A stretch of DNA of 56,196 nt from an uncultured Acidimicrobiaceae bacterium (GCA_964448525.1 CAYUXB010000001.1:1-56196), one strand, 5' to 3'; positions 1 through 9,925 are shown, counted from the stretch's first letter. Program-made: numbers and translations. Notes: generated from the sequence alone by a model not told the origin.

Positions 1-70
1 CTCGGCACTCCGCAGGGTCGGCAGGCGCGGCCGGCCTCGGCACTCCGCAGGGTCGACAGGCGTGGCCGAC
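1..70. repeat. Two tandem copies of a 35-bp unit (ctcggcactccgcagggtcgRcaggcgYggccgRc) touching the 5' window edge
   Basis: Copy 1 = 1-35 and copy 2 = 36-70, 32/35 identical on direct comparison. It lies just 3' of the stop codon (100-102) of the minus-strand acetyltransferase gene. The array may continue upstream of the window. Confidence 0.8.
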
Positions 71-99
71 CGCGGCGGGGCGGGTCGAACCGGGTGATG

Positions 100-2802
100 T
101 CAGAGACGGCGGACCGGGGGCAGGGGGTCGCGGTCGACGGGGGCGGCGCGCACGCTCGCGTCCACGATCGCGGCGGACGCAGGCGACACGATCACCGGGT
201 TCAGCTCCAGGCCGGTGATCTCGGGCACCTCGTCGACCAGGTTGCCGACCCGGAGCAGCAGCTCCTCGAGGTGAGCCCGGGCGGCGGCGTCGAGCAGGCC
301 CGCGGCGGGCAGCCCGGCGACGAACCGGCCGGCGTCGAGGTCGGTCAGCGGCAGCACGTGCGCCTGCACCGGCGCCAGCCGGGTGGCGACCCCGCCCGGG
401 CCGAGCGTGAGCACCGGGCCGACGATCGGGCTGTCGGTGATCCCGACGGCGAGATCCACCCCGGGGGCGGCCATCGGTTGCACGATCACCGGCCACGCGG
501 CCTCGCCGAGCGCCTGCACCATGCGGTCGAGCGTGGCTCGTAGCTCGGCTTCGTCGTGCACGTCGAGGGCGAGCCCCCCGGCCTCGGTCTTTGCCAGCCG
601 GCTGCGGCTCTCCGCCTTGACCGCGACCGGGTACCCGAGGTCGCGCGCCGCCCGCGCCGCCGCGGCGGCGTCGCCCTCCACCCGGGAGGCCACCATCGGC
701 AGTCCCGCGGCGCGCAAAAGGCCGACGGCGTCGCCGGTGGGGAGGAGACCGTCGTGGCCGTCGGCCAGCGACTCGGTGACCAGCCTGCGGGCCTCGGCCG
801 GTGCGGCCCCGTCCGGGGTGACCTCGGTGCCTTCCTCGGACGCCCGCCATGCGGCGTAGCGGGTGACCCGCCCGAGCGCGTACGCGGCATCGTCGGGGAA
901 GTCGAAGACGGGCACCGCGGCGGTGCCCGGAGGCGTGATCGTCACCGGGTGCGGCCCGAACATGCTCGCGACGACCGTCTTGCCCGGCGACTGGGCGCGG
1001 GCGGCGGCGATGGCGCCGACCAGGTCGTCGGTGCTCTGGCGGGGGGCCGGGGCGCACACGACGAGCACGCTGTCCACGCCGTCGTCGGCCAGCAGCGCGA
1101 CCAGCGCGTCGGTGAGATCGTCCGGGCCGGCCTCGAACCCGAGGTCCACGGTGCTCGACCGTAGGCGGACGCCGGTGCCGCTCTCGCCGCCCACGGCGGC
1201 CCGCACGCCCTCGTCCAGGGTCGCAAGCGCCAGCCCGGCGTCGATGCACGCATCGGCGGCCAGCGCGACCGATCCCCCGCCGTTGCCGACCAGCGCCACC
1301 CGCCTGCCCGCGGGCAGGGGCTGGCAGGACAGCACGCGGGCGACGGCGAGCTGCTGGGCGAGCGTGTCGACCCGGATGATGCCGGTCTGGTCGACCAGGG
1401 CCTTCAGGGTCTCGTCGTCGAGTGCGTCGGCGGCGTCGTCGCCGTCGGTCGGGTACGCCCGGGCCGCCCCGCCATGCTTGACCGCGATGATCGGCTTGGT
1501 GCGGGACATCTCCCGGGCGATGCGGCTGAACTTGCGCGCGTTGCCGAAGGACTCGAGGTAGAGCAGCACCAGTTCGGTGCGGTCGTCGTCGGCCCAGTAC
1601 TGCAGCATGTCGTTCGCCGACACGTCGGCCCGGTTGCCGATGGCGGCGAAGGACGACGCTCCCAGGCCGGCGTCGCCGATGTGGTCGAGCAGCGCGCCGC
1701 CGATCGTCCCCGACTCGGACAGGAGCGCCACGGGGCCCGGGCGCGGATTCGGGGTCGCGAACGTGGCGTGCAGCCGGACGCCGGGGTCGGTGTTGATGAC
1801 ACCGAGGCAGTTGGGGCCGAGCAGCCGGACCCCGAAGCGCCGAGCGGCCCGCAGCGTGGCGGCGGACAGCGCGGCACCCTCCGGACCCGACTCGGCGAAC
1901 CCGGCGGAGATCACGATGACGGCCTGTACGCCCTTGCGGCCGCACTCCTCGACCCTGTCGGGCACCTCGGCCGCGGGCACCACGATGATGGCGAGGTCGA
2001 CCGGACCGTCGATGTCGCCGATGCGAGCGACGGCCCGCACGCCTCCGACATGGGTCGCGTGCGGGTTCACGGGGTAGACGACGCCGTTGAACTCGTGGAC
2101 CAGCAGGTTGCGGAAGACCGCATGGCCGACGCCGCTGACGTCCCGGCCCGCACCGATCACCGCCACCGACCCCGGCGACAGCAGGCGTCGCACGGCCTGG
2201 GCCTCGGCCCGGGACGCCCGAGCCGCGATGGCGGCCTCGGCCTCGGGGGTGGGCTGGAGATCGAGGTGCACCTCGATGACGCCCTCCTCGAAGGTGCTGC
2301 GCACCTGGAACCCGGCGGCCCGGAACACGCCGACCATCCGCTGGTTCGTGGGCAGGACCGTGGCTGTGAACGCACTGATGCCAGCCTGCCGGGCGGCGGC
2401 GGCCAGGTATTCGAGCATCAGCGTGGCCATGCCGCGGCCCTTGTGGGCGTCGTCGATGAAGAAGGCGACCTCGGCTTCGGAGCGCAGCGGCCAGCGGTCG
2501 TAGCGGGCCACCCCCACCATCACGTCGTCGCGCAGGGCGACGAACGCCATGCGGTCGACGTAGTCGACGTGGGTGAGGTGTGCGACCTCGTCGTCGCTCA
2601 GGCGGGGATGGGGCGTGAAGTACCGGAAGTAGATGCTCTCGGGCGACTGGCGACCGTGGAACTCGACGATGCGGTCGGCGTCGTCGGGCCGGATGGGCCG
2701 GAGCCGCACGGTGCTGCCGTCGGAGAGCACCACGTCGGCGTCCCACTCGGCGGGGTAGCCCGCCGGGATGGGCACCTCGCTCGTCGTCGTGACCTCGTCC
2801 AC
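100..2802 (-). CDS. PatA-type protein lysine acetyltransferase: N-terminal GNAT fused to NDP-forming acyl-CoA synthetase-like (CoA-binding plus ATP-grasp) region
   Basis: From ORF 100..2958. GNAT block RLRPIRPDDADRIVEFH...FIDDAHKGRGMATLMLEY. This is followed by a CoA-binding-like segment SVAVIGAGRDVSGVGHAVFRNLL...YPVNP and an ATP-grasp-like C-terminus (GYPVAVKAES). The in-frame GTG at 2802 is preferred over ATG 2958 because the first ~50 aa are P/R-rich and would crowd the divergent gene. Confidence 0.85.
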   Translation of the reverse strand: MDEVTTTSEVPIPAGYPAEWDADVVLSDGSTVRLRPIRPDDADRIVEFHGRQSPESIYFRYFTPHPRLSDDEVAHLTHVDYVDRMAFVALRDDVMVGVARYDRWPLRSEAEVAFFIDDAHKGRGMATLMLEYLAAAARQAGISAFTATVLPTNQRMVGVFRAAGFQVRSTFEEGVIEVHLDLQPTPEAEAAIAARASRAEAQAVRRLLSPGSVAVIGAGRDVSGVGHAVFRNLLVHEFNGVVYPVNPHATHVGGVRAVARIGDIDGPVDLAIIVVPAAEVPDRVEECGRKGVQAVIVISAGFAESGPEGAALSAATLRAARRFGVRLLGPNCLGVINTDPGVRLHATFATPNPRPGPVALLSESGTIGGALLDHIGDAGLGASSFAAIGNRADVSANDMLQYWADDDRTELVLLYLESFGNARKFSRIAREMSRTKPIIAVKHGGAARAYPTDGDDAADALDDETLKALVDQTGIIRVDTLAQQLAVARVLSCQPLPAGRRVALVGNGGGSVALAADACIDAGLALATLDEGVRAAVGGESGTGVRLRSSTVDLGFEAGPDDLTDALVALLADDGVDSVLVVCAPAPRQSTDDLVGAIAAARAQSPGKTVVASMFGPHPVTITPPGTAAVPVFDFPDDAAYALGRVTRYAAWRASEEGTEVTPDGAAPAEARRLVTESLADGHDGLLPTGDAVGLLRAAGLPMVASRVEGDAAAAARAARDLGYPVAVKAESRSRLAKTEAGGLALDVHDEAELRATLDRMVQALGEAAWPVIVQPMAAPGVDLAVGITDSPIVGPVLTLGPGGVATRLAPVQAHVLPLTDLDAGRFVAGLPAAGLLDAAARAHLEELLLRVGNLVDEVPEITGLELNPVIVSPASAAIVDASVRAAPVDRDPLPPVRRL

Positions 2803-2939
2803 GACGGCGAGGGTAACGGCGGTGGGGGACGTCGGGGATCGCCCCCGACGTCTCCCGGGTGGGGGTGCCACCGGCCGCGGGCGCGGTAGCGTCGTCCGCT
2901 GCGCCGGGATCGGCGGAGACGGCGGAGAAGGAGCCCCTG

Positions 2940-4307
2940 GTGAAGCGCACATTCTCAACGGTCATCGCGCTCGGCCTCGCGTGCACCGTGGCGGCCGCGT
3001 GCGCCTCGGAGGCGGAGGACGGGCTGGTGTTCAACCCGTCGTCGGCCCCGCAGTCGTCCGACGACCCCGCGGCGGTCGCCCAGCGGGCCGTGACCGACGT
3101 CACCGACTACTGGGAGCAGACCTACCCGGAGGTCTACGGCGAGCCGTTCGAGCCGGTGGCCGGGTTCCACCCCTACGGGCCCGACAGCGACCCGCCGCCG
3201 TGCGGGTCGCCACCACCCCGCTACGACGAGATCGCCAACAACGCCTTCTACTGCCCCGGCGACGACATCATCGCGTGGGACGAAGCCGTGCTCATGCCAG
3301 ACCTCAACGAGCACTTCGGCGGCTTCACGGTGGCGATCGTGATCGCCCACGAGTTCGGCCACGCCATCCAGGACCGCTTCGTGACCTACGACCGCTCGGT
3401 CGATCTCGAGCTCCAGGCCGACTGCTTCGCGGGGTCGTGGACGGGACGGGTGGCCGCCGGGGACGCACAGGGTTTCGCTCCGGGTGACGTCGACCTCGAC
3501 AAGACGGTCGCCGGCATGCTCGCCATCCGCGACATCCCCGGTTCGAGCCCCGACGACATGTACGCGCACGGCAGTGGCTTCGACCGGGTCAGCGCCTTCC
3601 AGGACGGCTACGAGAACGGCGCCGAGCAGTGCGCCACCTACGCCGACGAGAACGTCGACCGCACCGTCGCGCAGTTCGAGTTCAGCACGGACGAGTTCGA
3701 CACCGGCGGAAACCTGCCGCTCGACGGCGAGGACGGCGTGTACACGCTGATCGAGCTCGACCTCGACGAGTTCTACACCTGGTTCATCGACGAGCTCGGC
3801 GACACCTGGGAGCCGATCGACGAGCTGGTCGTGGTCGACCCCAGCCGCGACGAGGTGTCATGCGGGGGCCAGACGCTGAGCGGCGACGATCTGCGCCGCG
3901 TGTCGGTGTGGTGCGAGGACGAGAACATCGCGGTGTTCGACGGCACCACCCTCGCCGACGACCTCTACGGCTTCGGCGACTTCGCGGTGGCGAGCGAGCT
4001 GGCCCAGATCTGGGCCGTGGCCGCCCAGACGCAGCTGGATGTGGCCGACCACGATCAGGCCGACCTGCAAGCCGACTGCCTGACGGGGCTCTGGGCGGCG
4101 TCGACGTTCCCCGGCGTCGAGGACGTCAAACCCGAGAGCACGATCGTGATCTCGGGCGGCGACCTCGACGAGGCGATCCAGGGCTTCCTCGCCTACAGCT
4201 CCGGGCCCGAGGAGCAGTCCCGCACCGTCTTCGACCGCACCGCCGCCCTGCGCAACGGCGTGTTCGAGGGCATCGCCGGATGCGAGCGCTACGCCCCGCT
4301 GGGCTAG
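2940..4307 (+). CDS. Putative neutral zinc metallopeptidase, lipoprotein
   Basis: From ORF 2859..4307. GTG at 2940 gives VKRTFSTVIALGLACTVAAAC, a signal peptide plus lipobox Cys. HExxH motif in AFYCPGDDIIAWD...IAHEFGHAIQ is typical of the YpfJ-like neutral Zn peptidase family. Confidence 0.8.
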   Translation: MKRTFSTVIALGLACTVAAACASEAEDGLVFNPSSAPQSSDDPAAVAQRAVTDVTDYWEQTYPEVYGEPFEPVAGFHPYGPDSDPPPCGSPPPRYDEIANNAFYCPGDDIIAWDEAVLMPDLNEHFGGFTVAIVIAHEFGHAIQDRFVTYDRSVDLELQADCFAGSWTGRVAAGDAQGFAPGDVDLDKTVAGMLAIRDIPGSSPDDMYAHGSGFDRVSAFQDGYENGAEQCATYADENVDRTVAQFEFSTDEFDTGGNLPLDGEDGVYTLIELDLDEFYTWFIDELGDTWEPIDELVVVDPSRDEVSCGGQTLSGDDLRRVSVWCEDENIAVFDGTTLADDLYGFGDFAVASELAQIWAVAAQTQLDVADHDQADLQADCLTGLWAASTFPGVEDVKPESTIVISGGDLDEAIQGFLAYSSGPEEQSRTVFDRTAALRNGVFEGIAGCERYAPLG

Positions 4308-4395
4308 GACGCGGCCTGGGCCGCAGGACTCAACCCGCCGGCCTTCGATGCAGGCGTCACGGTCGACGAGTGGTCATGGGCAACGGCTGACAGGT

Positions 4396-4791
4396 TCAGG
4401 GGGTCGAGCGCGCCGCGCGGTTGCGGCGGCCCTCGCGGACGATCATCGCCACGATCCCCCCGACACCGGCGATGATCAGCACGAACACCAGCACCTGCAG
4501 CGCGCCGCCGCGCTCCCCCGCCTCGGTGGGCTCCTGACCCGAGTTGGGCATCGGGATGATGCCCTCGTCGGACAAGGGCACGTCGGGCTCAGCCTCGGCA
4601 TCGGGGTCGGCGCTGCCCCCGGTGCCGTCGTCCGCCGGCGCGTCGGGCTGCTGAGTCGGGAGGACGATCATCGCTCCCCCGCCGCTGACTGTGGCGGGGC
4701 GCGGCGTCGCCCCGGCCGCAGCCGGGGCGACGAGCACAGCCAGTGCCGCCAAGACGAGGGCGGCGAGGGCGGCGAGCGGGCGGGAGCGCAT
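4396..4791 (-). CDS. Hypothetical secreted or membrane-anchored protein (signal peptide, acidic/Pro-rich middle, C-terminal TM helix)
   Basis: Internal Met of ORF 4396..4890 gives MRSRPLAALAALVLAALAVLVAPAAAGA. C-terminal hydrophobic helix ALQVLVFVLIIAGVGGIVAMIV is followed by basic residues. No recognisable family. Confidence 0.55.
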   Translation of the reverse strand: MRSRPLAALAALVLAALAVLVAPAAAGATPRPATVSGGGAMIVLPTQQPDAPADDGTGGSADPDAEAEPDVPLSDEGIIPMPNSGQEPTEAGERGGALQVLVFVLIIAGVGGIVAMIVREGRRNRAARSTP

Positions 4792-4929
4792 GCCGCCATG
4801 GTCCGACCGGCCCCCCGTCCGGGTCAAACCGGCCGGGAGCACCGGTGGCCCGCCGGTGTCAGACCGACCGGCTGGCCGTCCGGGTCGCACCGTCGGGTGG
4901 GGCTCGGCCGGGCGTCCCGTGGTGGAGCG

Positions 4930-6390
4930 CTACGCCGGCGGGGTGTAGTCGCCGGGCAGGACGATCGACTTGGTCTCCAGGTAGGCCGACAGGCCCTCCG
5001 GGCCCAGCTCGCGGCCCACGCCGGAGGCCTTGAAGCCGCCGAACGGGTTGCGCATGTCGAGCGTGCCGAACTGGTTGATGCCGTAGGTGCCGGTGCGCAC
5101 CTGGCGGGCCACGTCGATGCCGGCCTCGACATCGGAGGTCCACACCGAGCCCGACAGCCCGAACTCGCTGTCGTTCGCGATGCGCACGGCGTCGGCCGGG
5201 TCGTCGTAGGGCAGCACGGCGAGCACCGGCCCGAAGATCTCCTCCTGGGCGATGGTCATCTGGTTGTCGACGCCGACGAACAGGGTCGGCTCGACGAACC
5301 AGCCCTTGTCGAGCCCGGCCGGACGGCCACCACCGACGGCGACCTTGGCGCCCTCGGCGCGGCCCTTGTCGATGTAGCCCAGCACGCGGTCGCGCTGCCG
5401 CTCGGCCACGAGCGGCCCGACCGCCACCGACGGGTCGGTGGGATCGCCCACCGTGGTGGCGGCGACGGCCTCGCTCAGCGCGTCGACGACCTCGTCGTAG
5501 CGGTCGCGCGAGGCGAGGATGCGGGTCTGGGCGATGCAGGCCTCGCCGTTGTTCATGAGGGCGGTGCCCATCAGCAGCGGCATCGTCGCGCCGAGGTCGG
5601 CGTCGTCGAGGATGATCGCCGCCGACTTGCCGCCGAGCTCCAGCGTGCAGCGCTTGAGCATCTCGCCGCAGATGGCGCCGACCTTGCGGCCCGCCGCGGT
5701 CGACCCGGTGAAGCCCACCTTGTCGACGCCGCGGTGGCGCACGATGTACTCGCCGACCTCGCGGCCCGCGGGCAGGATCGACACCATGCCCTTGGGCAGC
5801 TCGATCTCGTCGAGGATCTCGCCCAGGATGTAGCCGTCGAGCGGCGTCTCGGGCGACGGCTTCAGGATCATCGGCGACCCTGCGGCCAGCGCCGCGCCCA
5901 GCTTGAGCGCCACGATGAACAGCGGGACGTTCCAGGGGATGATGCCGGCGGACACACCCACCGGCTCCTTGCGCACCATGACCGGGCCGAGCGCGCCCGG
6001 GCGGATCTCCTCGAACGGGAACGTGCGGGTCAGCTCGGCCCAACCGTCGAGGGCCATCGTCGAGCTGAAGACCTGGCCCATCAGCGACCAGCTCGAGGGT
6101 GAGCCCATCTCGGCGGTGATCACCTCGGCCAGCTCCTGGCTGCGCGCCTGGATGGCCTGCGAGAGCTTGACGATGTAGTCGGCGCGCTCGTCGGGGGTGA
6201 GCTGCGGGTACGGGCCGGCGAGCGCCGCCTTGGCCGCCTCGACCGCGCGGTCGACGTCGCCCTCGGACGCCTCGGGCACACGGGCGATCACCTCTTCGGT
6301 GGTGGGGCTGATGACCTCGATCGTGTTGGTGCCGGCCGGCGCGACCCACTCGCCGCCGATGTAGAGCCTGTCCTTGATCTCCATGACCAT
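4930..6390 (-). CDS. NAD(P)-dependent aldehyde dehydrogenase family protein
   Basis: 486-aa ORF with ALDH hallmarks: IIPWNVPL, FTGSTAAGRKV, the ELGGKSAAII Glu motif, and the catalytic Cys region NNGEACIAQTR. Confidence 0.93.
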   Translation of the reverse strand: MVMEIKDRLYIGGEWVAPAGTNTIEVISPTTEEVIARVPEASEGDVDRAVEAAKAALAGPYPQLTPDERADYIVKLSQAIQARSQELAEVITAEMGSPSSWSLMGQVFSSTMALDGWAELTRTFPFEEIRPGALGPVMVRKEPVGVSAGIIPWNVPLFIVALKLGAALAAGSPMILKPSPETPLDGYILGEILDEIELPKGMVSILPAGREVGEYIVRHRGVDKVGFTGSTAAGRKVGAICGEMLKRCTLELGGKSAAIILDDADLGATMPLLMGTALMNNGEACIAQTRILASRDRYDEVVDALSEAVAATTVGDPTDPSVAVGPLVAERQRDRVLGYIDKGRAEGAKVAVGGGRPAGLDKGWFVEPTLFVGVDNQMTIAQEEIFGPVLAVLPYDDPADAVRIANDSEFGLSGSVWTSDVEAGIDVARQVRTGTYGINQFGTLDMRNPFGGFKASGVGRELGPEGLSAYLETKSIVLPGDYTPPA

Positions 6391-6478
6391 CTCCCCTGTG
6401 CTGTAGCGCTGAGACCTGATTCTGTGTCAGATATCGTGCCACGGGTCACGCCGGATGACACAGGTGGGGGAAGACACC

Positions 6479-7666
6479 ATGACGACCGATGCCGGGCTGG
6501 TCGACCGGGTGCTCGACGAGGGTTTCCTGGCCGGCGACCCGTTCCCCGCCCTGGCCCGGCTGCGGACCGAGGCGCCCGTCGCCCGCCACGACGCCACCGG
6601 CGCCTGGGTGCTGTCGCGCCACGCCGACGTCGTGACCGCCGCCCGCGACCCGGCGACGTTCTGCTCGGGCAAGGGCATCCTCCTCATGGAGATCGGCGCC
6701 AGCTACGACTCGCCGCCGACGATGATGCACACCGACCCGCCGGCCCACACCCGCTACCGCCGGCTGGTGCAACCGGCGTTCGCCCCGTCGGTCATGCGGG
6801 CGCTCGAGGCGGCGATCACCAACCGGGCCCGCGCCGCGGTGGCCGCCCTGCCGGGCGGTGAGCCGGTCGATGTCGTGGCCGAACTGGCCGTGCCGTTCCC
6901 GCTCCGGGTCATCAGCGACCTGCTGGGCATCCCCGAGGACGACTGGCCCCGGTTCTACGAGTGGTCCGAGGCCGCCATCCCCGGGGCGACCGACTGGCCC
7001 CCCGAGCGGACCGCCGAGCTGATGGGCGAGATGGTGACCTACCTGCTGGCCACGGCGGCGGCCCGCCGTGCCGACCCGCAGGACGACGTGATCTCGCTGT
7101 TGGCCACCGTCGACGTCGACGGCGACCGGCTCGACGACACGGAGCTGGCGATGTTCCTCGTGCAGCTCCTGGTGGCCGGCAACGAGACCACCCGCAACGC
7201 GCTGTCGGGCGGGCTGGTGTCGTTCGCCGAGCATCCCGACGAGTGGGCACGCCTGCGGAGCGACTCCGGCCTGCTCGACTCCGCCGTCGAGGAGGTGCTG
7301 CGGTGGACGACGCCCGTCGTCTACTTCATGCGCACCACGACGCGGGAGGTGACGATCGGCGGCGTCACCCTGCCCGCCGACACGCCCGTGGTGTTGCACT
7401 ACCTGGCGGCGAACCGCGACGAGGCCGAGTTCGGGCCCACCGCCGACGGGTTCGACATCGGCCGCACCCCCAACCACCACGTCGCGTTCGGGACGGGGCC
7501 GCACTTCTGCCTCGGCGCGGCCCTCGCCCGCATCGAGTTGCGCGCCGTGCTGGCGGCGCTCGCCGACCGGTTCGCGACCGTTGCCCCCGCCGGTCCGGTC
7601 GAGCGCACGATGTCGCTCGTCATCGCCGGCGTCCGCCGCGCCCCTCTGCTGCTCAACGAGGGCTGA
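6479..7666 (+). CDS. Cytochrome P450
   Basis: Heme-thiolate loop FGTGPHFCLGAALAR, I-helix LLVAGNETT and an EEVLRW (ExxR) motif. ATG 6479 is preceded by GGTGGGGGAAG (a Shine-Dalgarno-like sequence), so it is preferred to ATG 6455. Confidence 0.92.
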   Translation: MTTDAGLVDRVLDEGFLAGDPFPALARLRTEAPVARHDATGAWVLSRHADVVTAARDPATFCSGKGILLMEIGASYDSPPTMMHTDPPAHTRYRRLVQPAFAPSVMRALEAAITNRARAAVAALPGGEPVDVVAELAVPFPLRVISDLLGIPEDDWPRFYEWSEAAIPGATDWPPERTAELMGEMVTYLLATAAARRADPQDDVISLLATVDVDGDRLDDTELAMFLVQLLVAGNETTRNALSGGLVSFAEHPDEWARLRSDSGLLDSAVEEVLRWTTPVVYFMRTTTREVTIGGVTLPADTPVVLHYLAANRDEAEFGPTADGFDIGRTPNHHVAFGTGPHFCLGAALARIELRAVLAALADRFATVAPAGPVERTMSLVIAGVRRAPLLLNEG

Positions 7667-9647
7667 ACGCCGAGTAGGCGTCGAGGACCTCCGGGTTGGC
7701 GAGGCTGCCGCGGCTGGCGGCGACGTCCGGATCGGCACCGGACAGGATGCGCTTCACCGGCACCTCGAGCTTCTTGCCGGACAGTGTGCGCGGCACGCCC
7801 GGCACCTCCCGGATCTCGTCGGGCACGTGGCGCGGCGACAGCTCGGTGCGCAGCGCGGTCGCGATGCGGGCCCGGAGGTCGTCGTCGAGGGTGACGCCCG
7901 GCGCCGGGGCCACGAACAGCAGCAGGCGTCCCGGGCCGCCCTCGGGCTCCTCGAGGTGGACCACCAGGCTGTCTGCTACCTCGGGCAGCGCCTCGACCAC
8001 GGAGTACAGCTCGGCGGTGCCCATGCGCACGCCGCCCCGGTTGAGCGTGGCGTCGGACCGACCGGTGATCGTGCAGGCGCCGTCCGGCATCAGGGTGATC
8101 CAGTCGCCATGCGTCCACACACCGGGGTGGCGCTCGAAGTACGCCGCGCGGTAGCGGCTGCCGTCGTCGTCGCCCCAGAAGCCCACCGGCATCGACGGCA
8201 TCGGCGCGGTGATGACCAGCTCCCCTTGCTCCCCCACCAGCGATCGGCCGTCCTCGTCGAACGCCTCGACCTTCGCAGCGAGGTAGCGACAGGAGATCTC
8301 GCCCGAGCGCACAGGCACCAGCGGGCAGCCACCGACGAACGCGCTGCACACGTCGGTGCCACCGCTCACCGACGACAGCAGCACGTCGGGCCCGACGGCT
8401 TCGTACACCCAGTCGAAGCCCTCGGCGGGCAGCGGGGCGCCGGTCGAGCCGACGCCCCGCACGGCGGACAGGTCCGCCAGCTCACCGGGGACGACACCGG
8501 CCTTGCGGCAGGCCAGCAGGAACGGCGCGGACGTGCCGAAGAACGTGACACCCTCCTCGGCCGCCATGCGCCACAGCGCGGTGAGGTCGGGATGGCCGGG
8601 GTCGCCGTCGAAGAGCACCGGCGTCGCCCCGACAAGCAGGCCCGACACGAGGTAGTTCCACATCATCCAGCCGGTCGTCGAGAACCAGAAGAACCGGTCG
8701 CCCGGACCGAGGTCGTTGTGCAGGGCGAGGACCTTGTGGTGCTCGACGAGGATGCCGCCGTGCCCGTGCACGATCGGCTTGGGCAGCCCCGTGGTCCCCG
8801 ACGAGTAGAGGACGTAGAGCGGGTGGTCGAAGGGGACGTCGTCGACGTCGTACTCGGCCGCCTCGGCCAGCAGCTCGCTCCACGTCACCGAGCCGTTGTG
8901 GCGGGCGGCCTCGGGATCGGCGGCCAGGTACGGCACGGTGACCGTCGCCCGCAGCGACGGCAGCTCGGCGCGGATCGCGGCCACCTCCGCGGTGCGGTCG
9001 ATCACCCGATCGCCGTAGCGGTATCCGTCCACCGCCAGCAGCACGGCGGGCTCGATCTGGCGCAGCCTGTCGACGACGCTGCGGGTGCCGAACTCGGGGG
9101 CGCACGACGACCAGATCGCACCCAGGCTGGCGGTCGCCAGGAAGGCGACCACGGTCTCGGGGATGTTGGGCAGGTAGGCCGCCACCCGGTCGCCCTGGCT
9201 CACCCCGAGGCGCACGAGTCCCGCTCGACACCGGGCGACCTGGTTGCGCAGCTCGGCGTCCGACAGCTCGACGCGCCCACGCGACTGCGACAGGCCCACC
9301 AGAGCGATCCCGTCTGCGGCTTCGGACGCTCCCCGAAGGGCGTGGGTGGCGTAGTTCAGGCGCGCGCCGGGGAACCAGCGGGCGCCGGGCATCTCGGCAG
9401 AGGCGAGAGCATCGCCGACCGGTGCGTCGGACACGAGGTCGAAGTGGTCCCAGATCGACCGCCAGAACCCGTCCAGATCGGTCACCGACCAGTACCACAA
9501 CTCGTCGTAGCTCGCGAACGATCGGCCGCGCTCGTCGGCCAGCCACTGCAGGTAGCGCCCGATGCGGCTCCGCTCGCCCACGTCCGCGGGCGGCTGCCAC
9601 AGCACCGTCCCCCGCTGCGTGCCGACCGCTGACCCCTCGCTGATCAT
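7653..9647 (-). CDS. aacS: Acetoacetate--CoA ligase (acetoacetyl-CoA synthetase), AMP-forming
   Basis: Internal Met of ORF 7653..9929 gives MISEGSAVGTQRGTVLWQPPADV...YLQWL. AMP-binding core LYVLYSSGTTGLPKPIVH. C-terminal A10 motif PRTLSGKKLEVPVKRIL. The N-terminal 94 aa of the track ORF are R/P-rich junk. Confidence 0.9.
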   Translation of the reverse strand: MISEGSAVGTQRGTVLWQPPADVGERSRIGRYLQWLADERGRSFASYDELWYWSVTDLDGFWRSIWDHFDLVSDAPVGDALASAEMPGARWFPGARLNYATHALRGASEAADGIALVGLSQSRGRVELSDAELRNQVARCRAGLVRLGVSQGDRVAAYLPNIPETVVAFLATASLGAIWSSCAPEFGTRSVVDRLRQIEPAVLLAVDGYRYGDRVIDRTAEVAAIRAELPSLRATVTVPYLAADPEAARHNGSVTWSELLAEAAEYDVDDVPFDHPLYVLYSSGTTGLPKPIVHGHGGILVEHHKVLALHNDLGPGDRFFWFSTTGWMMWNYLVSGLLVGATPVLFDGDPGHPDLTALWRMAAEEGVTFFGTSAPFLLACRKAGVVPGELADLSAVRGVGSTGAPLPAEGFDWVYEAVGPDVLLSSVSGGTDVCSAFVGGCPLVPVRSGEISCRYLAAKVEAFDEDGRSLVGEQGELVITAPMPSMPVGFWGDDDGSRYRAAYFERHPGVWTHGDWITLMPDGACTITGRSDATLNRGGVRMGTAELYSVVEALPEVADSLVVHLEEPEGGPGRLLLFVAPAPGVTLDDDLRARIATALRTELSPRHVPDEIREVPGVPRTLSGKKLEVPVKRILSGADPDVAASRGSLANPEVLDAYSAFSPR

Positions 9648-9651
9648 GCCG

Positions 9652-9925
9652 TCACGGTACGCCCCGCACGACCTCCACCGTGCCGGGCATGCCGTGCTCG
9701 TGGTGGCCGGGCAGGTGGCAGGCGAACTCGACGCTCCCCACCCTCTCGAAGGTGAACGTGGTGATCGCGGTGCCGTTGGCGCCGACGGACACCTCGCCGG
9801 GGACCGACGGGGTGCTCCGCCTCCGTGCCACGCGCGTGCCGCTCGTGCAGGTTGGGCGGCCCGACCACGCGCTCGTGGTCGATCGGGTCGCCGTCGACGA
9901 CGACGAACCGCACCAGCGTCCAGTC
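9652..9925 (-). pseudogene. Decayed cupredoxin (plastocyanin/azurin-like copper-binding) gene: N-terminally truncated and frameshifted
   Basis: One frame (ORF 9644..10183) gives DWTLVRFVVVDGDPIDHERVVGPPNLHERHARGTEAEH. A second frame (ORF 9652..10011) gives EVSVGANGTAITTFTFERVGSVEFACHLPGHHEHGMPGTVEVV with the Cys-x4-His-x4-Met (CHLPGHHEHGM) copper-ligand pattern. The two halves are colinear but out of frame near 9800-9830. No signal or TM N-terminus remains, and the 5' end abuts the oppositely oriented MmcQ gene. Confidence 0.6.

Noticed and set aside
4348-9632. Long plus-strand ORFs 4348..6102 (584 aa) and 7581..9632 (683 aa), and minus-strand ORFs 4859..6442 and 6446..7738
   Set aside because: Each is antisense or off-frame to a gene with strong family motifs (ALDH, P450, acetoacetyl-CoA synthetase) and has GC-artefact composition.
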